Shown here: one piece after another, positions 28,290-38,287 of the stretch
How the letters are laid out: every line of letters begins with the position of its first letter
Position numbering within the stretch: position 1 is the first letter of the stretch
The notes under the pieces: model-generated
The model's input: the letters and a program-made list of their open reading frames with translations, nothing else
Told to the model about the DNA's origin: nothing
The model's database searches: none
Source: an uncultured Gemmatimonadales bacterium
Lineage (GTDB): Bacteria > Gemmatimonadota > Gemmatimonadetes > Gemmatimonadales > Gemmatimonadaceae
NCBI GenBank assembly: GCA_963850905.1
Contig: CAWKMU010000004.1
Coordinates: 352,001-416,000 of the forward strand
DNA length: 64,000 nucleotides
Direction of reading: 5' to 3'
Position numbers and translations under genes: made by a program

Positions 28290-29957
28290 ATGCCCGACGC
28301 ATCGCGGAACCTGACGGACTACGAGTCGGCCCGTCGACACTTCCACCTCGACGTCCCGCAGCGCTTCAACGCCGCGCGTGATGTCGTCGACGCATGGGCA
28401 CAGAAAGAGCCGAATCGCCTGGCACTCGTCACCGTCGGACCCTCCGGCGGCGAAACGGGCCGCTACACCTTCGCCGATCTCGCCCGCCGCTCCAACCGCG
28501 CTGCCAACGTGCTCCACGCACACGGCGTCAAGAAAGGCGACCGCCTCTTCGTGATGCTCCCGCGGATCGTGCAGTGGTACGACGTCATGCTTGGCGCCGC
28601 CAAGTTGGGCGCGATCCCCATGCCCGGCACGACGCTCCTCACCGAGCGCGACATCGAGTACCGCACGACCCGCGCGGAAGCGAGCGTGATCGTGACGGAC
28701 GCGGACGCCGTCTCGAGGGTCGACGCGGTGCGCGACCGCTGCGAATCACTGCGCGCTCGCATCGTAGTGGGAGGCACGTGCGACGGTTGGGTCGCGTTCG
28801 ACGACGCGCTGACCCGCGCATCCGATGCGGCACCCGACCTCGCGCCGACGCGCGCGGATGACCCTTTGCTCATCTACTTCACGTCGGGCACGGAAGCGTA
28901 CCCCAAGATGGTACAGCACACCCATGCCTCCTATGGCATCGGGCACGAGATCACCGCGCGCTTCTGGCAGGACCTGGGACCATCGGACCTCCACTGCACC
29001 CTCTCCGACACGGGGTGGGCCAAGGCCGCCTGGGGGATGCTCTTCGGCCAGTGGCGCATGGGCGCCGCACTCTTCCTCTGGGACGCACGCGGGAAACCTG
29101 ACTACGAGCTCCTGATGCGGCTCATCACCGAGCACCGCGTCACCTCGTTCTGCGCGCCGCCGACTGTGTATCGCAGCCTCGTGTGCATGGACCTCGCGCC
29201 CTACGACTGGTCGGGCCTCCGCCACTGCACCGCTGCCGGCGAGCCGCTCAACCCCGAAGTCATCAAGATCTGGCGCGAGGAAACGGGTCGCACGGTGTAC
29301 GACGGCTACGGTCAGACGGAAACGGTCAACGTCGTCGCGAACTATCGCTGCCTGCCAGTCAAGCCGGGATCGATGGGCAAGCCGACTCCTGGGTTCGACG
29401 TGCACGTCGTCGATGCGGATGGCCACGTGCTCGCGCCGGGCGAGGAAGGTCATCTCGCGATCCGCGTGCGGCCGGACCGACCAATCGGTCTCTTCAAGGA
29501 ATACTGGCGCGACCCCGAGGCGACCGCGAAAGCCATCCGCGGCGATTGGTATTTCACAGGTGACCGCGCGATGACCGACGACGAGGGCTACTTCTGGTTC
29601 GTCGGGCGCGGGGACGACATCATCATCTCCGCCGCCTACCGCATCGGCCCCTTCGAGGTCGAGTCGGCACTCATCGAGCACCCCGCGGTCGCCGAAGCCG
29701 CCGTCGTCGGCAAGCCGCACGCCGAGCGCGGCCAGATCGTCAAGGCGTTCGTCGTGTTGGCACCAGGATACACTGCGTCCGCCGAGCTCGCCCTCGAGCT
29801 CCAGGATCACACCAAGCGCGTCACGGCGCCCTACAAGTATCCGCGCGAGATCGAATTCGTGGCGACGCTGCCCAAAACGGTCTCCGGCAAGATCCGCCGC
29901 GTCGAGCTGCGCCAGCGCGAACAGGTCGCCGTATCGACCCCAACGCCCGGCGGGTAA
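28290..29957 (+). CDS. Acyl-CoA synthetase (medium-chain/ACSM-like)
   Basis: YFTSGTEAYPK, AGEPLNPE, GYGQTET, TGD, YKYPR, LPKTVSGKIRR. Confidence 0.93.
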   Translation: MPDASRNLTDYESARRHFHLDVPQRFNAARDVVDAWAQKEPNRLALVTVGPSGGETGRYTFADLARRSNRAANVLHAHGVKKGDRLFVMLPRIVQWYDVMLGAAKLGAIPMPGTTLLTERDIEYRTTRAEASVIVTDADAVSRVDAVRDRCESLRARIVVGGTCDGWVAFDDALTRASDAAPDLAPTRADDPLLIYFTSGTEAYPKMVQHTHASYGIGHEITARFWQDLGPSDLHCTLSDTGWAKAAWGMLFGQWRMGAALFLWDARGKPDYELLMRLITEHRVTSFCAPPTVYRSLVCMDLAPYDWSGLRHCTAAGEPLNPEVIKIWREETGRTVYDGYGQTETVNVVANYRCLPVKPGSMGKPTPGFDVHVVDADGHVLAPGEEGHLAIRVRPDRPIGLFKEYWRDPEATAKAIRGDWYFTGDRAMTDDEGYFWFVGRGDDIIISAAYRIGPFEVESALIEHPAVAEAAVVGKPHAERGQIVKAFVVLAPGYTASAELALELQDHTKRVTAPYKYPREIEFVATLPKTVSGKIRRVELRQREQVAVSTPTPGG

Positions 29958-30053
29958 CGAGCCGTCGTTGCCGTTCCCTGATCCCTGACCCCTGGGGTTG
30001 CAATTTCGGTGTTTGTTCGGCTATTATACCGGCCCCAGTCTACTGAGGAGACC

Positions 30054-30557
30054 ATGCCGATTAGCGATTTCCTGCTGCAGGAGTTCGACGCCGAAATGGC
30101 CAGCACGCGCAAGACGTTGGAGCGAGTCCCTGCCGACAAGGGCGCGTTCGCGCCTCACAGCAAGTCGATGAAGATGCAGAACCTCGCGCCGCACGTCGCC
30201 CAGCTCCCGCAGTTTGGACTCACCGTGCTCACGACACCGGAGCTCGACTTCGCGACCAGCAACTTCACGCGCCTGCCCTTCGAGTCGCCCGCACAGTTGG
30301 TGCGCGCGCTCGACGAAGGTGCAGCCAAAACCCGCGCTGCCCTCAAGGCGACACCCGACTCGGCGTGGAGCGAGCCATGGAAACTGAGCTGGGGAGGAAA
30401 ACCGATCTTCAATGACACCCGCTTCATGGCCTATCGGCAGATGTTCTTGAACCACATCGTGCACCACCGCGCACAACTGGGCGTCTACCTGCGCCTCAAC
30501 GATCTGCCCGTCCCGGCGACCTACGGCCCTTCAGCCGACGACACACTGGGATTCTGA
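30054..30557 (+). CDS. DinB-family protein
   Basis: EFDAEMASTRKTLERVP..NHIVHHRAQLGVYLRL..PATYGPSAD; RBS GAGGAG. Confidence 0.9.
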   Translation: MPISDFLLQEFDAEMASTRKTLERVPADKGAFAPHSKSMKMQNLAPHVAQLPQFGLTVLTTPELDFATSNFTRLPFESPAQLVRALDEGAAKTRAALKATPDSAWSEPWKLSWGGKPIFNDTRFMAYRQMFLNHIVHHRAQLGVYLRLNDLPVPATYGPSADDTLGF

Positions 30558-30586
30558 CGCCGAGGAAAAGAACTGGCCATTGACCA

Positions 30587-30617
30587 ATAGGGGCGACGCA
30601 TAGCGTCGCCCCTTTTT
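30587..30617 (+). repeat. REP-like palindrome followed by a T-tract (possible terminator)
   Basis: ATAG-GGGCGACGC-ATA-GCGTCGCCCC-TTTTT after the dinB gene. Confidence 0.7.
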
Positions 30618-30685
30618 GCGCCGTCCATACGCAGTCCGATCCTCTCCTTTCTCCTCTCCCCTCTCCACGTGGCGCGCAGCGCCCG

Positions 30686-33451
30686 TCAGTCCCCCTGCGC
30701 CAACCGCTCGAACCGCGCATTCCCCCTGAGCGGCGCCCACGTCGGGTCGATCCTGAGCCACGCAGGCGTCAGGAAGTACGGCACCGTCAGCAGGGGCTCG
30801 AGATGGTCGAGCGCGCGATCCGGCTCGCCCACCATCATGTACACCCGGGCCAGCACGTGCTGCGCGTACGGCGCCAGTTCCGCGTTTCTCGACATCGGCA
30901 TTTGCACCGCGCCCCGTTCGCCCTCGCGAATGGCGTCATCCTTGTGGCCCGCGTACGCGAGCGCAAGCGCATACAGCATCCGGCGCTCGAAGTCGTCCGG
31001 TGACGAGTTGATCTGCTGCTGGTACACCTGCTGCGCGGTGTCACCGTAGGCGCGCGCCAGCGCGGCGTCCCCCCGCAACCCGTAGACCTCCGCGCGCCGA
31101 ATGGCCCACCGGGCACGATCGTCGTCGTAGGCGGTGGGCGTGAGCGACAGGAGCTTCTGCTGCTGCGCGTCGGTCAAGACCCAGAAGAGATCACCCGTCG
31201 TCGCGAAATAGACGATGAGGCGAGTCGTATCCACCGACGCTTGCGCGGCCCGGAGCACCGCCCGCGCAGCTGGCAGGTCGCCCTGCGCGAGATGCAGCAA
31301 CGTCACACGTGAGATCATCCCAAGGTTGTTGGGAGCGAGCTGTAGCCCCTGTCGCGCGACGATCGTCGCTTCCGAGAACCGGTGCATCCGGATGAGCGTA
31401 CTGGCGAGCTGTCGGTTGGCGATCGGTGACACCGGGTCGAGCTTCGCCGCACGCTGCGCGTGCGCGAGCGCGTCCTCCCAGTGTCCCAGCCGCCGCTCGT
31501 CGACGGAGACGGCACCGATCAGTTGCGCGTTGTCGGGGTACCGTTTGAGCAACGCGGCGTTGATCCCGTACGCCTTCACCACGTCGTGTTGGACCAGCGA
31601 CACGTAGTCGCTGAGCGCGACCTGACTCTCGAGGCGGTTGGGATCCAGGGCCTGTGCGTGCACCAGCGCGCAATGCGCCGCTTCGGCGTTCGCCGGATTG
31701 GGCGTGCTGTTCGCGTAGAGCAGCGAGTACGCACGCTCCAGCCGCGTCCACGCGAGCACGAAGTTCGAATCGAGTGTCACCGCCGTCGTATAGAATCCGA
31801 TCCCGCGCCACAAGGCGGGAGGGTCGGTAGAATTGAGGTGCTGGGTCGCCTCGTCGCCCTGCAAGAACGCGTCGTACGCGTTCACGTTGTTCGTCGGCCG
31901 CTTGCGCAGCGCCTGCCGCTCGCCGGGCCCGAGCGCGATGTCGAGAACGGAGGCCACTTGTGTCGCGATGTCGGCCTGCACCGCAATCACGTTCGACGGA
32001 TCGATGTCGAATTCCTGACGCCAGTACACGGTCGGCGCATGCCCGCGCGGCGCTTGAATGAGCTCTGCTTCGACCCGCGCGATGGCGTTGCCCTTGGCCT
32101 GCGGCAGCCAGCGCACCTCACCGGTCAGTAGGTACGGGACACTCAGCTCCCGCGCGATCTGATCCGGTGGCTTCGTGGTGTGCGCGTACGTCAGCGAGCT
32201 CCCCCGCGCGATCACCTGCAGGCCGGGCATCTGCGCCAACGCGCCGCGAATCTCGTCCGTCACGCCGTCGGTGAAATACCGGACCGACGAATCTCCGACG
32301 CTCTCGAACGGCAGCACGGCCAGCATGACCGCCCGATGCTCGGCCCCGTATCGCTCGACCGCTGCATATGTCCCGATCCCAACGATCGCCAGAACGGCGA
32401 TGGCAATGGCGGCAGGTCGTCGTGCCCACCACGCCCGACGTCCTCGCGGCGCCTCGACGCCCCCGCCCTCAGACTGCGAAAGGCGGGGCTCGGCCGCCGC
32501 CTCGCGACTTGTCCGGATCGTCGCCGGTGTGGCATCGTGCGCCGGAAGCACGGACGGGGCAGCGCCAGGCTCCCCGACGGCGCCCAGCGCAGCGGCAAAC
32601 TCGCCCGCGGTCTTGTAGCGATCGGCCGGCGAGCGGGCGAGCGCAATTTCCACCGCCGTTTCCATAGACGCCGGAATCCGGTCCCGTACCGCCCGGAGCG
32701 GCAACGGCCGCTCCACCAGCCGACGTGCAACCAGAGCCTGCGGAGTCGCCCCGGTAAACGGGGGCTCGCCCGCCAACATCTCATACAGCACACACGCCAA
32801 GGCGTACACATCCGTCCGCCCATCGACCTCGCCCGCACCCGCCGTCTGCTCGGGACTCATGTACTCCAACGTCCCCAGACTCACGCCCGCATCGGTCAGC
32901 CGCGCGCCAGTCCCCGGTCCCCCCGCTTCGAGCGCTGCACTCCAGCGGTCGCGGGCCACTCCAAAATCCGCCAGCAGCGCCTCGCCGTCGGCCGAGAGCA
33001 GGATGTTCTCCGGCTTGACGTCCCGGTGCACCACACCGTGGCGATGCGCATAGTCGAGCGCACTCGCCACTTCGCGTGTGATCCGCAGGGCGTCGCCGAG
33101 CGACAACTGATGCTCTCGCGAGAGGCGCTCGCGCAGGCTCTCGCCCTCGACATAGGGCATCGTGTACCAGAACGGGCCGGCGCCACCGGCGCCCTCGCCC
33201 GAGTCGAGCAGCGCAAGGATGTGCGGGTGCTGCAGCTGGGCCGCGATCGCAATTTCGCGACGGAAACGAGCCTGACCCACAGCGCGGGCGAGCTCGGGAT
33301 GCAGCACCTTCAGCGCCACCAAGCGGCCGTGTCGGGTATCCTCGGCCAGATAGACCGTGGCCATCCCCCCGCGACCGAGTTCCCTATCGATCTGGTAGCG
33401 GTCACCTACCGCCGACTGGAGCTCGACCGCGGCGTCAAGGGACACAGCCAC
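30686..33451 (-). CDS. Hanks-type Ser/Thr protein kinase with TM, TolB-like and TPR domains
   Basis: LGRGGMATVY, VALKVL, HRDVKPENILL, DFG, GTLEYMSPEQ; LAVLPFE; PTNNVNAYDAFLQG; TPRs. Confidence 0.95.
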   Translation of the reverse strand: MAVSLDAAVELQSAVGDRYQIDRELGRGGMATVYLAEDTRHGRLVALKVLHPELARAVGQARFRREIAIAAQLQHPHILALLDSGEGAGGAGPFWYTMPYVEGESLRERLSREHQLSLGDALRITREVASALDYAHRHGVVHRDVKPENILLSADGEALLADFGVARDRWSAALEAGGPGTGARLTDAGVSLGTLEYMSPEQTAGAGEVDGRTDVYALACVLYEMLAGEPPFTGATPQALVARRLVERPLPLRAVRDRIPASMETAVEIALARSPADRYKTAGEFAAALGAVGEPGAAPSVLPAHDATPATIRTSREAAAEPRLSQSEGGGVEAPRGRRAWWARRPAAIAIAVLAIVGIGTYAAVERYGAEHRAVMLAVLPFESVGDSSVRYFTDGVTDEIRGALAQMPGLQVIARGSSLTYAHTTKPPDQIARELSVPYLLTGEVRWLPQAKGNAIARVEAELIQAPRGHAPTVYWRQEFDIDPSNVIAVQADIATQVASVLDIALGPGERQALRKRPTNNVNAYDAFLQGDEATQHLNSTDPPALWRGIGFYTTAVTLDSNFVLAWTRLERAYSLLYANSTPNPANAEAAHCALVHAQALDPNRLESQVALSDYVSLVQHDVVKAYGINAALLKRYPDNAQLIGAVSVDERRLGHWEDALAHAQRAAKLDPVSPIANRQLASTLIRMHRFSEATIVARQGLQLAPNNLGMISRVTLLHLAQGDLPAARAVLRAAQASVDTTRLIVYFATTGDLFWVLTDAQQQKLLSLTPTAYDDDRARWAIRRAEVYGLRGDAALARAYGDTAQQVYQQQINSSPDDFERRMLYALALAYAGHKDDAIREGERGAVQMPMSRNAELAPYAQHVLARVYMMVGEPDRALDHLEPLLTVPYFLTPAWLRIDPTWAPLRGNARFERLAQGD

Positions 33452-33638
33452 AAGCTAGAACCCGGCCGCGGAGACGCAAGGAAACAAAAGAGATACGGGC
33501 GTCCGGTCTCACGCGGACCCTGGCTTGACTGCGGTTTTCCCCATCCACATTGCCGTCGCAAGCCGTAGCTTATGGCCCGTCTACTACCTCGACAGCGTGC
33601 GCCGGTGTCGGCGCTTTTCAGCCTTTTGGCGGGACATA

Positions 33639-34091
33639 ATGAAAATTTGGACCCATTTTGCAGCCACTACCCTGGGCGTCCAGGCCATGGGCCTCGCGGG
33701 CCCGGACCTCGCCTTGGCCTACACCTTCGGCATGGCCGTCGACGTCGATCATGTGATCAAGCTGCCGTTTTACCTCAAAGCCGTCGGCCTGAAAGACAAG
33801 CGTGGCTACTACTGGCGGTCGTCGCTGCAGGAGCCCGTCGCCCTGCTCTGGATCCTGCCGCTCTGCTATTTCCTCGGGACGTGGATCCCCGTGATCTTCT
33901 TCCTGATTCACGTGGCCATGGACTACAGCGTCCGCTTCGAGAAGATGCCCTTCTTCCCGTACTCGAACTGGGTCACCCGCGGCTGGCTCACCGGCATCCC
34001 GGACTGGGCGAAAGAGGTCCCCCTGCTCATCGTCCTCGTCCTGCTCAACGTCGCAGTCTTCTCCGTCGCCCGCGGCTGGCTCCATGTTTGA
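33639..34091 (+). CDS. YdjM-like membrane metal-dependent hydrolase (putative)
   Basis: TH, DVDH, RSSLQEP, IHVAMD and PFFPY motifs in a hydrophobic protein. Confidence 0.6.
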   Translation: MKIWTHFAATTLGVQAMGLAGPDLALAYTFGMAVDVDHVIKLPFYLKAVGLKDKRGYYWRSSLQEPVALLWILPLCYFLGTWIPVIFFLIHVAMDYSVRFEKMPFFPYSNWVTRGWLTGIPDWAKEVPLLIVLVLLNVAVFSVARGWLHV

Positions 34092-34689
34092 GCGCGTGCC
34101 GGCGATCGGCCGGCTCTCCGACACGTTCGTCAGAGCGCCGATGCGCTTTCTGCACCTCAAGCTCGGCCTCTCACCCGCGCAGGTCTCCTGGGCGGCGTTC
34201 GGCGCAAGCCTCGTCGCCGCAGTCGTGATCGGCACGGGGCGATTGGGCTGGGGCCTGGGATTCATGGCCCTGGGTCAGATCCTCGACGGGATGGACGGCG
34301 GGATTGCACGCGAGTTCAACCTCGTGTCGGACTACGGGAAGAAGCTCGACGAAGCGCTCGATCGCGCGTCCGAGACGGTAATCTTCCTCGGATTCGCCGT
34401 CGCGGGGATCGTGCCGGTCGGGCTCGTGGTCCTCGCACTCATTGCGATCGGGCTCCTCACGACCGTGTCGCACCGCGCGAAGTTCGATCCCGGGATGAAG
34501 CGCTTCGCGCTGTACTTCGGCGTCTTCTTCTCGTACTCGCTCATCTTCAAGGTCATCTTCGCGGTCAATCTGGCCGGCTACGTGATCGATCTCCTGATCA
34601 TCGACTGCCAATTCCAGCGCGAGATGGACACACTCGGCGGCGATCTCGACACCGTTGCCTCCCGAGCTGCCGCGCTCGAGAACAAGTAG
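34084..34689 (+). CDS. CDP-alcohol phosphatidyltransferase-family protein
   Basis: Signature DGMDGGIAR..S..G..LD...DR. Confidence 0.88.
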   Translation: MFERVPAIGRLSDTFVRAPMRFLHLKLGLSPAQVSWAAFGASLVAAVVIGTGRLGWGLGFMALGQILDGMDGGIAREFNLVSDYGKKLDEALDRASETVIFLGFAVAGIVPVGLVVLALIAIGLLTTVSHRAKFDPGMKRFALYFGVFFSYSLIFKVIFAVNLAGYVIDLLIIDCQFQREMDTLGGDLDTVASRAAALENK

Positions 34690-34707
34690 CGCCGCGACTC
34701 CCGAGCC

Positions 34708-35595
34708 GTGACCAATCTCGGACAACGCGTCGCCGTCGGCGTCGTGGCGATCCCGCTCATCCTGCTGCTGTGCGTCGTGGGCGGTGTCTACTTCTTCCTC
34801 TTCGCCGCCGCCGCATCGGCCGTCGCACTGCGCGAGTTCTACGCGCTTGCCGAAACGAAAGGCGCGCGCCCGCTCGTGCTCCTCGGGCTCATCGCCGGCT
34901 TCGCCGTCAACTTGTGCTTCTTCCTGCCTGTCGCGACCCGGCCCCCACTGCTGGTGATCGTGCTCCTCGTCAGCGTCATCGCCTTCAGCCTGCGCGAGCT
35001 GTTCCACAACCAGGGGTCGCCCATCGCCAATCTGTCCACGACGATCCTGGGGGTGCTGTACATCTCGCTGTTCTTCGGCACCCTGATCGGCATCCGCGAG
35101 CTGTTCACGCCGGCATCCATCCCGCCGACCCACATCTTCCCCTCCGGCTTCGTTGAGGCGCACCCGCGCGAGGAGATCTACCGCTGGGGCGGATACATGA
35201 CGATCGCCGTCTTCGCGATCATCTGGATTTGCGACTCGGCCGCCTTTCACGTCGGAGTCGCGTGGGGCAAGCACAAGCTCTTTCCACGCGTGAGCCCGCA
35301 GAAGAGCTGGGAGGGCGCGATCGCTGGATGCGCCTTCGGCATCGGCGCAGGGATCGCGGCGAAATACATCGGGCTGCCGTTCCTGCCCCTCACGGGCGCG
35401 ATCCTCATCGGCGCGATCGTGGGCACCATCGGACAGCTCGGTGACTTGACCGAATCGCTGCTCAAGCGCGACGCCGGGGTCAAGGACTCCTCCAAACTCA
35501 TCCCCGGCCACGGCGGCGCGTTCGATCGCTTCGACAGCGTGCTGATGGTCTCGCCCTGCGTCTATCTCTACCTCTGCTGGCTCTTCCGCACGTGA
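34708..35595 (+). CDS. cdsA: Phosphatidate cytidylyltransferase
   Basis: WICDSAAF..GKHKLFPRVSPQKSWEG, GDLTESLLKRDAGVKDSSKLIPGHGGAFDRFDS. Confidence 0.93.
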   Translation: MTNLGQRVAVGVVAIPLILLLCVVGGVYFFLFAAAASAVALREFYALAETKGARPLVLLGLIAGFAVNLCFFLPVATRPPLLVIVLLVSVIAFSLRELFHNQGSPIANLSTTILGVLYISLFFGTLIGIRELFTPASIPPTHIFPSGFVEAHPREEIYRWGGYMTIAVFAIIWICDSAAFHVGVAWGKHKLFPRVSPQKSWEGAIAGCAFGIGAGIAAKYIGLPFLPLTGAILIGAIVGTIGQLGDLTESLLKRDAGVKDSSKLIPGHGGAFDRFDSVLMVSPCVYLYLCWLFRT

Positions 35596-35669
35596 TGCGA
35601 TAAGCGGCTGACCAACGGGGCGTCCGCGCCGTCTCGCCGCCCGGCGGTAATGCGATGAACGCCTGAACA

Positions 35670-35850
35670 ATGGGATGCCCGCGCGGTATCGCCCCCGGCG
35701 GGTAGGGGCGACGCAATGCGTCGCCCTCCGTCACCGCCCGCGCCATCTGCTCGTAGACCGAACACAACATGGCGGGATACCCGCACGGTATCGCCTCCGG
35801 CGGGTAGGGGCGACGCATGCGTCGCCCTCCTTCACCGCCCGCACGATCGG
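35670..35850 (+). repeat. Direct tandem of two ~100-bp units, each with a GTAG-REP palindrome
   Basis: GGTATCGCC..CGGCGGGTAGGGGCGACGCA(A)TGCGTCGCCCTCC..CACCGCCCGC; GTAG at 35702 and 35804. Confidence 0.85.
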
Positions 35851-35949
35851 GTCGCGTTGGGATTGTATTCCGAACCACCCGATTGCGTCGCCCTTGCCCC
35901 CGTCCATCCGCCTACATAACTTCGACATTGTCGTACAAATCGAGACGAC

Positions 35950-36267
35950 ATGCTTGGAGAATTCGAACAGGTCGTGATGCTGGCGTTGATGCGCGTGGGG
36001 GAGGATGCGTATGGCATCCCCGTCCGCGATGAGATCCTGGCCCGCACAGGCCGCGAGCCATCGCTCGGCGCGATCTACAAGACTCTCGCGCGCCTCGAAG
36101 ACAAGCGCCTGGTCACCGCACACGTCGGCGAACCGACCGCCCGCCGCGGCGGCAGAAGGACGCGCTGCTACACCGTCACAGTTGCCGGTCAACGCGCCCT
36201 CCAGACCACACTCCGCTCGGTCCAGCGCATGGCCGCCGGACTCGACCTGGGAGTCGAGCGCCCATGA
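35950..36267 (+). CDS. PadR-family regulator
   Basis: LGEFEQVVMLAL..AYGIPV..SLGAIYKTLARLEDK..RRGGRR; upstream palindrome TTCGACATTGTCGTA at 35921-35935. Confidence 0.9.
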   Translation: MLGEFEQVVMLALMRVGEDAYGIPVRDEILARTGREPSLGAIYKTLARLEDKRLVTAHVGEPTARRGGRRTRCYTVTVAGQRALQTTLRSVQRMAAGLDLGVERP

Positions 36268-36721
36268 TGGCCAATGCGCCACGACCGCCGCGCGTCGCAC
36301 TCTGGTTGCTCCAGCGACTCCCGCAGCCGTGGCGCGAGCATGTGACGGGCGACTTGGTCGAGGACTTCCAGCGCCGCCGCGCGGCGGGATCCAAACTGAG
36401 CGCATGGGCCTGGTTTTGGCGCGAGACCGTGGCGAGCGTGACGTCCTTGCGAGAGACTGGACCGGCGCCGCTGCGAGCATTCTGGGGATGATCATCGGCC
36501 AGGGCGTTCGTCTCGCGGTGATCGGCAGCGCGCTGGGCTGCGTCGGTGCGTTCATCATGACCCGCTTCCTGCGCGCACTATTGTATCAGATTACGCCGAT
36601 GGATCCCGCCACCATCGTGAGCGTCAGCGCCGTGCTGGGAATGGTCGCACTGTGCGCATGCCTCATTCCCGCCGTCAAAGCTGTCCGCATCGATCCGATT
36701 TCAGCCCTACGAGACAGCTAG
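36264..36721 (+). pseudogene. ADOP-type ABC permease remnant (N- and C-termini only)
   Basis: N-terminal PPRVALWLL..GDLVEDF..WFWRE joined out of frame to C-terminal GQGVRLAVIG..LLYQITPMDP..IPAVKAVRIDPISALR. Confidence 0.8.
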
Positions 36722-36765
36722 GTCTTTCGCCCCAGACCCCAAACCCCAGACCCCGCCGTTAGGTC

Positions 36766-38073
36766 TTACTGCTTGTAATCCAGCAGCGCCTGATACACCA
36801 GCATGGGCAGCTCGGCGGCGATCGTGCTCCGGTTCGGCAGCAGTTGCGTCATGTACACGATCACGAGCCGCTGGCGTGGGTCGACCTCGTAGGTGGTCCC
36901 GTAGGCGCCGCTCCAACCGAAGGTCCCCACTGACTCGACACGCCCGTCCGCACCGGGTCGGAGTATGACGGAGAAGCCTAGGCCAAATCCGACACCGCTG
37001 TGCGAGTAGAGGGTATCCGTCTGGTTTGTCGTCATGAGCGCGACGGTCGCCGGCGAGAGGATGCGGACGCCATCGAGCACGCCGCCATTGCGCATCATCT
37101 CGAGGAACCGGGCATAGTCGGCAGCCGTCGACGTTAGACCCGCCCCGCCGGAATAGCTCATGCGCGGGCCGTCGACGTAGCTCCCTTGTCCGCGTGGGCC
37201 GTCCGCGGCCCGCACCACGCTGTCCCCGTCGCTCGTCCCGTACACCGTGGCCAATCGTTCGTGATCGGCGGGCAGCACGAAGAAGTGCGTGTCGCGCATC
37301 TTCAGGGGACCAGTGATGCGCTGATCGATGAAATCGGCGAGCGACATCCCGGAGGCGCGCTCCACGACGCAGCCCAGGATGTCGGTGTTGTAGCCATACA
37401 CGAACCGCGCGCCCGGCTGCGCAGCGAAGGGGAGGCTCGCGAGTCGCTCCATGGTCTCGCAGATCGGCTCGTCCTTGTCCCCCGTGTACCAGCCGTAGCC
37501 GGCCGCCGGCCCCAGTCCCTTCGCCCGATAAAACTGGGCGAGCCCGCTGTCGGTGCCGTAGGAGATGCCCGCGGTGTGCGTGAGCAGGTCGTGGATCGTA
37601 ATCGGCCGCTGCGCCACGACGACCGCGTACCCCGAGGAGGCGTGCTGCAACACAGTCGTGCGCGCGAACTCGGGGATGAACCGCGACACCGGGTCCGTGA
37701 GCGCAATGCGCCCCTCTTCGACCAAGGACATCACGGCGACACTGGTGATCGCCTTGGTTTGAGACGCAATGCGGAAGATGGCATTGGTACGCATCTGCCG
37801 GCCTTCCTCGCGATCCGCCCATCCGAAGGCCCGCTCGTACGCGGTCTGACCATCGCGAAGCACCAGGATGACCGCGCCCTCGATTTCGCGCCGGTCGAGC
37901 GCGCGGGCGAACGCGCTGTCGATTCGTGACAACCGCTCGCTCGAAAACCCGGGAGCGGCGACCGACGCGCCCTCGCTCGGCGGCATCTGTTTGTGCCTGT
38001 GCTGCGCCGCGCAAATGACTGGCGCGCCGAGGAGAAGAACGGCTCCCATGGTGACGCCGGCGTGTCGCCACAT
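36766..38073 (-). CDS. Serine hydrolase (beta-lactamase class C-like)
   Basis: IFRIASQTK (SxxK), LLTHTAG, FVYGYNTD, FGWSGAYGT; signal peptide. Confidence 0.92.
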   Translation of the reverse strand: MWRHAGVTMGAVLLLGAPVICAAQHRHKQMPPSEGASVAAPGFSSERLSRIDSAFARALDRREIEGAVILVLRDGQTAYERAFGWADREEGRQMRTNAIFRIASQTKAITSVAVMSLVEEGRIALTDPVSRFIPEFARTTVLQHASSGYAVVVAQRPITIHDLLTHTAGISYGTDSGLAQFYRAKGLGPAAGYGWYTGDKDEPICETMERLASLPFAAQPGARFVYGYNTDILGCVVERASGMSLADFIDQRITGPLKMRDTHFFVLPADHERLATVYGTSDGDSVVRAADGPRGQGSYVDGPRMSYSGGAGLTSTAADYARFLEMMRNGGVLDGVRILSPATVALMTTNQTDTLYSHSGVGFGLGFSVILRPGADGRVESVGTFGWSGAYGTTYEVDPRQRLVIVYMTQLLPNRSTIAAELPMLVYQALLDYKQ

Positions 38074-38287
38074 ACACCCTCCGCCTGGCTGACTGGAGGA
38101 CCACGCTGCTGGCAGTCTACCGCCACCCGCGAGCAAGCTACCTGATCAGGACGCACTCGCCAGACCGGACATGATCCCATTGTTTTTCTTTACGCACAAG
38201 GTGTTGCCCACCGGCGACTGACCGCGCATCGTCATGCGGTTCATCGTTCGCCTCCGACATAGTGATACCGACGCCGGCAGCACCCCT

